Source: Armatimonadota bacterium
Lineage (GTDB): Bacteria > Armatimonadota > Armatimonadia > Armatimonadales > Armatimonadaceae
Assembly: GCA_043754515.1 (NCBI GenBank)
Contig: JAYUUO010000023.1
Span: forward strand, 1-18,613
Direction of reading: 5' to 3'
Length of the DNA: 18,613 nt
Shown: in pieces, positions 7,682-16,004 of the stretch
Layout: every line of letters begins with the position of its first letter
Numbering within the stretch: position 1 is the first letter of the stretch
Position numbers and translations under genes: made by a program
Notes under the pieces: generated by a model
The model's database searches: none
What the model saw: only the letters and a program-made list of their open reading frames with translations
What the model was told of the DNA's origin: nothing

Positions 7682-8152
7682 ATGAAAGCGATTATTGTTG
7701 GTTGCGGGCGTGTCGGCGCGACGCTCTCGCGGATGCTCGCCGAATCCGGCGCGGATGTCACGATCATTGACCTGACGTCCGACTCGTTCCGGCGACTCGG
7801 CCCAAAGTTTCGGGGCACGCGCCTTGTCGGCACAGGCACGGACATTTCCGTCCTGAAGCGGGCCGGGATCGAGAGTTCCGACGTGTTCGTCTCCGTCACC
7901 GACGGGGATAACCGGAACCTGATGGCGACGCAGATAGCGAAGACCGTGTTCAACGTCCCGCTCGTGATGACACGGGTATATGACCCCGCCCGCGCCGCGG
8001 CGTACCGCGAAATGGGGATACACACGCTGTGTACCACCAGTATCGCCGCGAACCTGATGTTTGACCTCGCCGGGGGCAAGGCGGTCGAGGACATGATTGA
8101 TTCGCTCCAGACGGTTCGCTCCGGACAAAACACCGTGGAAAAGGCGGCATAG
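7682..8152 (+). CDS. trkA: TrkA family K+ uptake regulatory protein, RCK_N domain only (156 aa; CeoB-like)
   Basis: MKAIIVGCGRVG Rossmann motif, VTDGDNRN, TRVYDP. The track ORF from 7160 is a spurious N-terminal extension overlapping the GNAT gene. Confidence 0.88.
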   Translation: MKAIIVGCGRVGATLSRMLAESGADVTIIDLTSDSFRRLGPKFRGTRLVGTGTDISVLKRAGIESSDVFVSVTDGDNRNLMATQIAKTVFNVPLVMTRVYDPARAAAYREMGIHTLCTTSIAANLMFDLAGGKAVEDMIDSLQTVRSGQNTVEKAA

Positions 8153-8161
8153 GAAAACACC

Positions 8162-8824
8162 ATGTACTGTATTATCGTCGGCGGCGGGAACGTCGGCTAC
8201 TACCTGACGAAAGACCTGGCCGCGGCGGGGCATGAAGTCTTATTGCTCGAAAAGAACCGGGCGCGGGCGGCGCAACTGGTGGAAGAACTCGGTGATGCCG
8301 CGCTCCAGGGCGACGGTTGCGAGGTGCGGATCATGGAAGAGGTCGGGTTCGCCCGCGCCGACGTCATCGTCGCCGTCACGGGCGAGGACGAAGATAACCT
8401 GGTGGTCTGCCAGATGGCGAAGCGCAAGTTCAACGCGGCACGCACGATAGCCCGCGTTAACTCGCCCTTGAACGAGCCGCTGTTCGCGAAACTCGGCATT
8501 GACACCACGGTCTCGTCCACGCGGATCATCTTCAATCTGATCGAGCAGGAGATCGAGTCCGACCAGATCGTCCCGCTCGCCGCGCTGTCGAAGGGCAACC
8601 TGGAGATCGTCCAGATTGAGCTTTCGGATCAATCATCCGTTCCGGGGAAGCGGGTGAGCGAGGTACCGATGCCTGCCGGTGCCCATATCATCGCCTTGAT
8701 CCGCGACACTGTCGCCGTGCTCCCGACGCCCGATATGCTGCTGACGAGCGGCGACACGGTGCTGGTGCTGGTGGTCGCGGATAGGGAGGGCGAGTTGCGG
8801 CAGTCGTTCGGGGGGATGGTTTAG
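8162..8824 (+). CDS. trkA: TrkA family K+ uptake regulatory protein, RCK_N + RCK_C (CeoC-like)
   Basis: IIVGGGNVG, VTGEDEDNLV, ARVN, and a C-terminal TrkA-C (GKRVSEV...IIALIR...GDTV). RBS AGGA precedes the ATG. Confidence 0.92.
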   Translation: MYCIIVGGGNVGYYLTKDLAAAGHEVLLLEKNRARAAQLVEELGDAALQGDGCEVRIMEEVGFARADVIVAVTGEDEDNLVVCQMAKRKFNAARTIARVNSPLNEPLFAKLGIDTTVSSTRIIFNLIEQEIESDQIVPLAALSKGNLEIVQIELSDQSSVPGKRVSEVPMPAGAHIIALIRDTVAVLPTPDMLLTSGDTVLVLVVADREGELRQSFGGMV

Positions 8825-8844
8825 GGGATAGTCGTGATGCTCGC

Positions 8845-8880
8845 GGCTGGGGGGAGAGGGGCAGCGACAACCAGGCAAGC
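8845..8880 (+). repeat. Single degenerate copy of the REP-like arm seen at 5604-5639
   Basis: GGCTGGGGGGAGAGGGGCAGCGACAACCAGGCAAGC vs GGCTGGGGGGAGAGGGGTAACGACAATACGCAAGC. Confidence 0.75.
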
Positions 8881-8924
8881 GTAGGAGTTACGTTTCGGCG
8901 GCGGGGCCGCGATATACTAAGCAC

Positions 8925-9231
8925 ATGGAAGAGAACCTGCAAGTCGAAACCGTGGGCGAGGAACCGTATGCGTTTGTCCCACTCGGCGAACACATCGTGC
9001 GCGCGGTCGGCGTATGCGGCGGTCGTCCTACAGTGAAATACACCCGCATCGAAATGTCGCTACTGCTGGATAGGGTGGCACTCGGGGACAGCATGGACGA
9101 AATCGCGGGGGTACTGTAGGCGTGTTTCCCGCGAAGCCGTTGCCGAGGCGATCGTTATCGCTAGCCGGTTTTTCGCGGCGTCGCTGTCACCGCTCCCGAC
9201 TACCACGGCTGTCTTCGTGACTGCTTCGTGA
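8925..9231 (+). pseudogene. DUF433 (VapB45-like antitoxin) gene, frameshifted at the G5 run 9107-9111
   Basis: GVCGGRPTVKYTRI...LLDRVALGDSMDEIA is the DUF433 signature. The frame stops at 9119, but the shifted frame continues YCRRVSREAVAEAIVIA to TGA at 9231. TATACT lies 6 nt before the ATG. Confidence 0.78.
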
Positions 9232-9356
9232 TTGTGTTGATCGAGCCGACTCCGTCGTGGGGCGTCGAGGTCAACACACCGCTTACCCGCGCGAACGGAG
9301 ATACCGTCGAACGTGGTCCCGGTCGTCGCGAAGGTCGCTGTTCGTGGTTCTAGAGA

Positions 9357-10610
9357 ATGTATCCATCGGTGACGCAAGAACAGATTGACAAACTCATCGC
9401 CGACTGGCAACGCAAAGTCGCGGCTGCCACCGAGAATCTGCTCGCGCTTGACGATACCCCGGTGATGCAACGCATTACCGGGGGCGAAGGCATCGCCGCT
9501 CAGCCGCTGACGGGCGTGACCGCCGCGCGCGTCCTGCCCGCGCTCGCCGCGATGCGCGACCTGTTCGGACAACTGGGGACCATCGGCGATGTGGTCGAAC
9601 GGGCGAGTCGCATGCGCCGCGCGGCGAACCGACTCTGGCGGTACGACGAGGCGATGACCGCAATCGAAAAACTGCTCACAGGACCGTCCATCCCGCTCCC
9701 CGATCTCAAAACACCACTCGCCGAGCGGAACCTCCTGTCGTCTTCCGCGAGTGCGCGGGCCGTCACGCCGGAGCGTCTGTTGACGGCGATGACGGACGCG
9801 TTCGCCACCGCCCGCGACGCCGTGCTAGCCGTGGACGCGGCGTGGGAGCGGTGGGAGCCGATCCAGGACGCGTTCCATGAAAAGGAAGTCACGCTCAGCG
9901 AGCAGTGCGAATCGCTCGGTCTGCCCCCGCCGCCGCAACTGATCGCGGCGCGAGGCGGGATCGCTGACCTCGGGCGGCGAGTCAAAAGCGATCCGCTCGG
10001 CATCACCGCGAGCGTCGAGCGGGACCTTTCCCTGTCGCTCACCGCCGCCCGGACCGCCATCGAGTCGGAACGTAGCGAACGCGAAGCGGTTGCCACGGGT
10101 CTGCTCGCGGCGCGACAACTGCTAACAAGTATCGCGGCGGAAGAGGCCGCCGTCGCCGACTCCTGCGCCGCCTGCGCGGCGGCACTGGAGATGGAGGGCG
10201 GCGACGCGGCGGCGCAACCGGGCGCGGGCGTCGCGCGTCTACAGGAATTAGAGGGGTGGCTGGTGTCGCTCGAAGGATCGGCGCGGGAAAAACGGTGGCA
10301 GGCGGTCGCGGTCGGCTTGGGCCGCTGGACGCAAGGCGCGAACGCTCTGCGCGCTTCCCTGGCGTCCGCCCGGAAGACGAACCAGGCGTTAGTCGAGATG
10401 CCCGCCGAGCTACGAGGACGGCATGCGGTTCTGCTCGCCCGGATGCGTGCGCTGGGGACGAGTGACCCGACGCTGACGCGGCTTGCCCTCCAGGCGCGGA
10501 CACTGCTCGACGAGCCGCGCGTGCCGCTCGAGCGGGCGACGAAACTGATCGAAGTGTGTGAGGAGCGGTTGCGCCGCGAGAGCGGCGCGAGAATGGAAAT
10601 GCACCAATGA
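9357..10610 (+). CDS. Uncharacterised all-helical/coiled-coil protein of the kind found before PknG-like kinases
   Basis: 417 aa, Ala/Leu/Arg/Glu-rich with no TM segment. NLLALDD...LTGVT, VKSDPLG and ELRGR motifs recall the hypothetical protein preceding Streptomyces PknG-like kinases. ATGA overlap with the kinase gene. Confidence 0.8.
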   Translation: MYPSVTQEQIDKLIADWQRKVAAATENLLALDDTPVMQRITGGEGIAAQPLTGVTAARVLPALAAMRDLFGQLGTIGDVVERASRMRRAANRLWRYDEAMTAIEKLLTGPSIPLPDLKTPLAERNLLSSSASARAVTPERLLTAMTDAFATARDAVLAVDAAWERWEPIQDAFHEKEVTLSEQCESLGLPPPPQLIAARGGIADLGRRVKSDPLGITASVERDLSLSLTAARTAIESERSEREAVATGLLAARQLLTSIAAEEAAVADSCAACAAALEMEGGDAAAQPGAGVARLQELEGWLVSLEGSAREKRWQAVAVGLGRWTQGANALRASLASARKTNQALVEMPAELRGRHAVLLARMRALGTSDPTLTRLALQARTLLDEPRVPLERATKLIEVCEERLRRESGARMEMHQ

Positions 10611-12781
10611 GCTGCCAGCGGGCCGGATGCGGCGGAACGATTGTGGACGGTTATTGCGACACCTGTGGGCGCGCCCCGGTCGGGGCGGCACCGGCGGCGT
10701 CGGTCACCGCGTCTGTGGTCACTGGCGGGTCGGCCTCCGCCCGCGCTAGCGCGGCACTGTCCGGGCGCGGCAGTGTCGGCACGGCGGGATCCGGGCGAAC
10801 CGGCTCCTCCGGCTCGCGGCGCGGCTCGCGCGGCACGACGCGCCGGTCGCTCGGCGCGGGCCTGATCAACCTCGAACCGCTCCCGACCGTTGACCCGCTC
10901 CAGTCCCTGATGGCGGACCCGGTCGTGCCGGAAGGGAAGCGGTTCTGCCCCAACTGCAACGCGAGACTCAACCTCGTCAAAGGGTTCTGCCCGATGTGCG
11001 GCACCGAGTACTCGTTCGTGCCAACGCTCGCGCCCGGCGACACGCTGGCGGGGCAGTACGAAGTAAAGGGTGCCATCGCGTTCGGCGGCCTCGGCTGGAT
11101 CTACCTCGGCTGGGACACCATGCTGTCGCGCTGGGTCGTGCTGAAGGGCTTGCTCAACTCGAAGGACGCGGCGGGCGCGCAAGCCGCTGTCGCCGAACGG
11201 CAGTTTCTGGCCGCCGTAAAGCACCCGAACATCGTCGGCGTCTACAACTTCGTCACGCAGGGCACGGACGGCTACATCGTGATGGAGTACGTCGGCGGCA
11301 AGACGCTGAAGACGATCCGCAAAGAACGCGGCCCCCTGCCGGTCGCCGAAGCCATCGCTTACACCCACCGCATCCTGCTCGCGTTCGGCTACATGGAGCG
11401 GCTCGGGCTGGTCTACTGCGACTTCAAGCCGGATAACTTCATGGTCGAGGACGACGATGTGAAGTTGATTGACATGGGCGGCGTCCGGCGCGTGGACGAC
11501 ATGGACGGCGACATCTACGGCACGAAAGGCTATTCGGCACCGGAGGCAAAGGACGATCCGTCATTCACCACCGACCTGTACACCGTGGCGCGGACGCTGG
11601 CGGTGCTCGTCTCCGACTTCGCGTTCCAGGGCAGCAAGTACGAGTTCGCCTTGCCGACACCCAAAGAGGAGCCGGTGTTCGCCAGCAACGACGCGCTGTA
11701 CCGTGTACTCCTGAAGGCGACGCGCGCGAATCCCGACGAGCGGTTCCAGACGGCGGACGAGATGGCCGCGCAACTGATCGGGGTGCTCCGCGAAACCGTG
11801 GCGGCGATCGGCACGCCGCGCCCCGTGGAAAGCACTCTCTTTTCGGGCGACAACGCCGAGGCGGTGGACGACCCGGACGCGCTCGATGTACGCGCCCTCC
11901 CCGCGCCTAAGCCCGACCCGCAGGACCCGGCGGCGGGCACTATCATCGCCGCCGCGTCCCTGACCGACCCCGATCAGGTCGCCGCGCAGTTCGAGCAGGC
12001 ACTAGCACGGTTCCCCGAATCGGTCGAGGCGCCGCTCCTGCTCGCCCGCGCACGGATCGGGCAGAAACGCTGGGAGGACGCCGAGAAGTTGCTGAAGGAC
12101 GTCCACGAGAGCGACCCGTTCGATTGGCAGGTGACGTGGTTGCGGGGCCTGTCGGCGTTCGCGCGGGGGCAATACAAGGAGGCGCGTTCCGCGTTCGACG
12201 CCGTGTACAGCGAGGTTCCTGGCGAACTCGCCCCGAAACTCGCGTTGGGGTTCGCCGCCGAAGCGTCGGGTGACATCCCGACTGCCGCCGCGCTGTACGA
12301 CCACGTGTCGCGTACCGACCCATCGTTCACCAGCGCGGTGTTCGGGCTAGCGCGGTGCCGGACGCGGGAGAAGGACCGCGCCGGAGCGGTGGCGGCGTAC
12401 GGTCGCGTGGCCGCCACGTCGCGGCGGTACCTTCCGGCGCAGGTCGCGCTGGCACGGGCACTCGTGCGCTCCGAAATCGCGCCGCCCGGTGCCACCGAAC
12501 TCGCGCGGGCGTCGGCGACGGTGCAAGCCCTCGCGATGGAAGGGAACGCCCTGCACCAGTTGTCCGTGGAGTTGCTCCGCGCGGCGATTCGGCAGGTGGA
12601 GGCGAAGGCGATTCCCGCCGGTGCCGCCGACAATGTGCTCGGACAGCCGTTTGAAGAGAACGCCTTGCGGTTCGCCGTCGAGCGCGAGTTGCGCGCCTGC
12701 GCCCGCTACGCCAAAACGAAGGACGAGCAGATAGCCCTTGTGGACGCAGCGAACCGCGAGCGGCCGCGCACCCTGTTTTAA
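10607..12781 (+). CDS. PknG-like soluble Ser/Thr kinase (N-terminal Zn-ribbon, rubredoxin-like domain, non-RD kinase, TPR)
   Basis: CQRAGC..YCDTC, an S/G/R-rich linker, FCPNC..FCPMC, G-loop AFGGLGWIY, VVLKGL, catalytic YCDFKPDN, DMG, YGTKGYSAPE, TPR region with PGELAPKLALG, and C-terminus VDAANRERPRTLF. Confidence 0.92.
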   Translation: MSCQRAGCGGTIVDGYCDTCGRAPVGAAPAASVTASVVTGGSASARASAALSGRGSVGTAGSGRTGSSGSRRGSRGTTRRSLGAGLINLEPLPTVDPLQSLMADPVVPEGKRFCPNCNARLNLVKGFCPMCGTEYSFVPTLAPGDTLAGQYEVKGAIAFGGLGWIYLGWDTMLSRWVVLKGLLNSKDAAGAQAAVAERQFLAAVKHPNIVGVYNFVTQGTDGYIVMEYVGGKTLKTIRKERGPLPVAEAIAYTHRILLAFGYMERLGLVYCDFKPDNFMVEDDDVKLIDMGGVRRVDDMDGDIYGTKGYSAPEAKDDPSFTTDLYTVARTLAVLVSDFAFQGSKYEFALPTPKEEPVFASNDALYRVLLKATRANPDERFQTADEMAAQLIGVLRETVAAIGTPRPVESTLFSGDNAEAVDDPDALDVRALPAPKPDPQDPAAGTIIAAASLTDPDQVAAQFEQALARFPESVEAPLLLARARIGQKRWEDAEKLLKDVHESDPFDWQVTWLRGLSAFARGQYKEARSAFDAVYSEVPGELAPKLALGFAAEASGDIPTAAALYDHVSRTDPSFTSAVFGLARCRTREKDRAGAVAAYGRVAATSRRYLPAQVALARALVRSEIAPPGATELARASATVQALAMEGNALHQLSVELLRAAIRQVEAKAIPAGAADNVLGQPFEENALRFAVERELRACARYAKTKDEQIALVDAANRERPRTLF

Positions 12782-12790
12782 GAAAAATAT

Positions 12791-13918
12791 ATGCCCACTA
12801 TTTGCTCTACCTGCGGCACGCCCGCGCCGGAAAACGCCGTCTTTTGCGAGCGGGACGGGACCCGCCTCCAGAACACCGTTAGCACCCCGAGTACACCCGA
12901 CAGTCAGCACGCCGCCGCCACTTATGCGCGGACGAATGGTGCCGCGACCGCCGCCGTCGCGGTACCAGCGGGTTGCCGTTGCGGCGCGGAACCCGACCTG
13001 CGGGTGGACGGCTACTGCTCTGCCTGCGGACACAAGTGGGTCGAGCCGCGCAAGCCGCTCCCGCGCGACCACGTCGAGCGGGCGTTATCCCCCGCGTTCG
13101 GCGGCGTGACGGATAGGGGGCAACGGCACACCCGAAACGAGGACGATTTCGCGCTGTCGCTCACCGATGGGGGCGACGCCGTGATGATCGTTTGCGACGG
13201 CGTGTCGTCGTCGGAGGAGGCGGACCGCGCCTCCGCCGTCGCCGCAAAAACCATCAATGACCGTCTTTCGACCGCGAGCGCGGACAGGGAGGCCGCGCTA
13301 CGCGGGGCGATTGCCGCCGCGAATACCGCCGTTTGCGCGCTCTACAGCGCGAAGCCGGGCGCAACCTCCGCCCCGCCCGAGACGACCGTGGTCGCCGCCA
13401 TCGTACGCGGGCGCGCCGCGACCATCGCCTGGGTGGGGGACAGCCGCGCCTACTGGATTGACGGCGCGGATACCACCGCCGCGCGTCAGTTGACACGCGA
13501 CCACTCGTGGATGAACGACGTCGTAGATTCCGGCGAGATGACGATGGACGAGGCACGGGGCAATCGTCTCGCCCATGCAATCACGCGTTGCCTCGGGGCG
13601 GCGGACGACCCCGGCGGGAGCGAGCCGAGCCTGGTCTCGTTCGTGTTCCCGGAGGCGGGCGGCTTTCTGTTACTCTGTTCGGACGGCCTGTGGAACTACG
13701 CGGACTCGCTCGCCCTGATCGCGGGACTCGTCCACACCGCGCCGCGTACCGCCGACGCGGTCACCCTTTCCCGATCCCTGGTCGCGTGGGCGAACACGCA
13801 GGGCGGGCGCGACAACATCACCGCGACGTTGCTGGCGGTCCCCGCCGCGGGGCGATCGCTTCCCGCCGTAGTCGTGCGAGCGGCTCCCGCCGCGGTGCCT
13901 GAGAAAGAAAATTTATGA
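12791..13918 (+). CDS. PP2C-family Ser/Thr phosphatase with two N-terminal Zn-ribbons
   Basis: CSTC..FCERD and CRCG..YCSAC, then RNEDDF, VCDGVS, WVGDSRAY, TRDHS, LCSDGLW and GGRDNIT. Confidence 0.93.
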   Translation: MPTICSTCGTPAPENAVFCERDGTRLQNTVSTPSTPDSQHAAATYARTNGAATAAVAVPAGCRCGAEPDLRVDGYCSACGHKWVEPRKPLPRDHVERALSPAFGGVTDRGQRHTRNEDDFALSLTDGGDAVMIVCDGVSSSEEADRASAVAAKTINDRLSTASADREAALRGAIAAANTAVCALYSAKPGATSAPPETTVVAAIVRGRAATIAWVGDSRAYWIDGADTTAARQLTRDHSWMNDVVDSGEMTMDEARGNRLAHAITRCLGAADDPGGSEPSLVSFVFPEAGGFLLLCSDGLWNYADSLALIAGLVHTAPRTADAVTLSRSLVAWANTQGGRDNITATLLAVPAAGRSLPAVVVRAAPAAVPEKENL

Positions 13919-15204
13919 ATTTCCAGATCGAAGCGTTTCAGAACCCGTACCTGCCCGCCGGTACCACGCGCGTGGACGCCGTACTGACCGTCGCCGCCGC
14001 GAAGGGCGAGGGATCCGTCAGCACTGCGGCGGCGTCGGGCGGCGTGGTCGTCGGTATCATCGTGGACTGTTCCGGCTCCATGCAGGGCGACCGGATCGAG
14101 GCGGTGCGTCACGCGACGCGCCGGGCGATCACGCTCCTTGGTGCGGAGACGTACTTTTTCGTGGTCGGGTTCAGCAACACGGCGGGGGTGGTTCACCCCC
14201 TCGCGCCCGCGAACGAGGCGAACAAGGCGCGGGCGGACGCGGCGGTGCGTGCCATCGAAGCGGGGGGCGGGACCGCCATGTCCGCCGGCCTGGAACTCGC
14301 CCGGCAACAGTTCTCCGGGCTGGCGGGTGCTATCGGGCAGGCGATTTTCCTGACCGACGGCAAGAACGACGTCGGGGATGAAATGCGCCTCAATGGCGTG
14401 CTAAGCCGCTGCGAGGGGGTGTTCCAGTGCGAATGTCGCGGCGTCGGCACCGACTGGCAGGTCAAGCAGTTGCAGAAGATCGCGGCGCGACTACTAGGCA
14501 CAGCCCGCATCATCGCGGAACCGGCGGGCATGGAGGCGGACTTCGCGCAGGCCATCGGTGCGGCATCCGGGCGCGGCATCGGCAACGTCCGGCTGCGGCT
14601 TTGGACGCCGAAGACCGCTCGGGTAGTTGCAGTCAAGCAGATGAGTCCCACCATCGAGGTGCTGACGGAGCGTGGGACGCCGGTTGACGCTCAGTCGTCG
14701 GACTACCCGACCGGGGCGTGGGGCGAGGAGTCGCGCGATTACTACGTCGCCGTCGAGATGAACACGGCGGGCGATATCGGCGACGAGATGCTCGCCGCGC
14801 GCCCGTCGCTCGTTTATGACGAGGGCGGGGCGATTCGGGAGGTGAAGAACCCCGCCGCCCGGATCCTCGCGTCTTGGACGGGCGACGAGGCGTTGTCGGC
14901 GCGTATCAACGCACAGGTCGCGCACTACACGGGACAGGCGGAACTCGCCCAAACCATCCAGGAAGGTCTCGAAGCCCGCGCGAAGGGCGACGTGGACTCG
15001 GCGACGCGACTGCTCGGGCGTGCCGCGAAACTCGCCGCCGAATCGGGCAACGACGAGACTACCTCGCGCCTCAAAAAAGTGGTGGACATCGTGGACGAGC
15101 GCGAAGGCACCGTGCGCTTGAAAGGCACGGTGAAGAAGGCAGACGAGATGGATCTGGATCTCGGCTCGACCCGCACCTCCCGCGCCAAGCGTCCCTCCGC
15201 GTAA
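13915..15204 (+). CDS. von Willebrand factor A (vWA) domain protein
   Basis: MIDAS DCSGS, GGGT and LTDG; N-terminal FQNPYL; C-terminal beta and helical extension. ATGA overlap with the PP2C gene. Confidence 0.92.
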   Translation: MNFQIEAFQNPYLPAGTTRVDAVLTVAAAKGEGSVSTAAASGGVVVGIIVDCSGSMQGDRIEAVRHATRRAITLLGAETYFFVVGFSNTAGVVHPLAPANEANKARADAAVRAIEAGGGTAMSAGLELARQQFSGLAGAIGQAIFLTDGKNDVGDEMRLNGVLSRCEGVFQCECRGVGTDWQVKQLQKIAARLLGTARIIAEPAGMEADFAQAIGAASGRGIGNVRLRLWTPKTARVVAVKQMSPTIEVLTERGTPVDAQSSDYPTGAWGEESRDYYVAVEMNTAGDIGDEMLAARPSLVYDEGGAIREVKNPAARILASWTGDEALSARINAQVAHYTGQAELAQTIQEGLEARAKGDVDSATRLLGRAAKLAAESGNDETTSRLKKVVDIVDEREGTVRLKGTVKKADEMDLDLGSTRTSRAKRPSA

Positions 15205-15248
15205 CGAGCGTCGCGCCGTAAAACCACCGCGCCGCGAGAAAGCACATC

Positions 15249-16004
15249 ATGCCCGAAACCCTCTATCCCTGCCCGAACGGGCACGCCTCGACCGACCCGG
15301 AATACTGCTCCGAGTGCGGCAAGAAACTGTCCGCCGGGTCTGCCGTCGCGAGCGCGGTGGGCATATCGGTAGCCCCACGGTCCGGGGGCGAACTCTGCCC
15401 CGACTGCGCGACGCCCCGCGCGACGCCGTCCGCCGTGTTCTGCGAAGTCTGCCGCTATAACTTCGTGACAAAACAGTCGTGGACGCCGAACGCGCCGCTC
15501 TCACCAGCCGTAATAGCACCCATCGTGCCCCCGTCGGTCATGCCGACCGCGCCGGTTCCCTCCCCGGAAGTCACGCCCGTTGCGGCCCCCGCCCCGACAA
15601 TGGCAACCGCGACCGATGCGCCGCGCCGCTGGGAAGCCGTCGTGGCCGTTGATCCGGCGCTCTACACCGACCCCGACCCGGCGAACCCGCTCCCCGTGGG
15701 CACGCCCGAGCGTGTCTTCCCGCTCGACTTCGCGGAGAATCTGATCGGGCGGCGAAGCGAGCGGCGCGCCATCTACCCCGAAGTGGATCTGTCCGGCGAC
15801 TCTGGCGTTTCGTCGCGCCACGCGATTTTTTACCGGGAGGCGGACGGCTCGCTCGCGCTGCTCGATGTCGGCTCGACGAACGGCACGCAGTTGAATGGGG
15901 CGGAGATCGCACCGGGCGTGCGGGTCCCGCTCAAGGACGGCGACATGGTGACGGTAGGGTGCTGGACGCGGATCACGCTCCGTGGGACGGGAGCCAAGCC
16001 ATGA
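15249..16004 (+). CDS. FHA domain protein with two N-terminal Zn-ribbons and a Pro-rich linker
   Basis: CPNGH..YCSEC and CPDC..FCEVC; FHA motifs IGRR, VSSRHA and DVGSTNGT. Confidence 0.93.
   Translation: MPETLYPCPNGHASTDPEYCSECGKKLSAGSAVASAVGISVAPRSGGELCPDCATPRATPSAVFCEVCRYNFVTKQSWTPNAPLSPAVIAPIVPPSVMPTAPVPSPEVTPVAAPAPTMATATDAPRRWEAVVAVDPALYTDPDPANPLPVGTPERVFPLDFAENLIGRRSERRAIYPEVDLSGDSGVSSRHAIFYREADGSLALLDVGSTNGTQLNGAEIAPGVRVPLKDGDMVTVGCWTRITLRGTGAKP

Noticed and set aside
5321..9356. Integrated island at tRNA-Gly
   Set aside because: I saw no integrase and no duplicate of the tRNA 3' end (attR), and housekeeping-type GNAT and trkA genes lie inside the interval.
9500..11368. 622-aa minus-strand ORF and the many other antisense or overlapping ORFs
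   Set aside because: These are shadows of well-supported genes in GC-rich DNA, with Arg/Ser/Ala-rich translations and no motifs.
10607..15204. Calling the operon the TerY-P triad
   Set aside because: The domain classes match, but the vWA is twice the length of TerY, the kinase is PknG-type with TPRs, the order differs, and FHA and GlnX-like genes are added. It is an analogy only.
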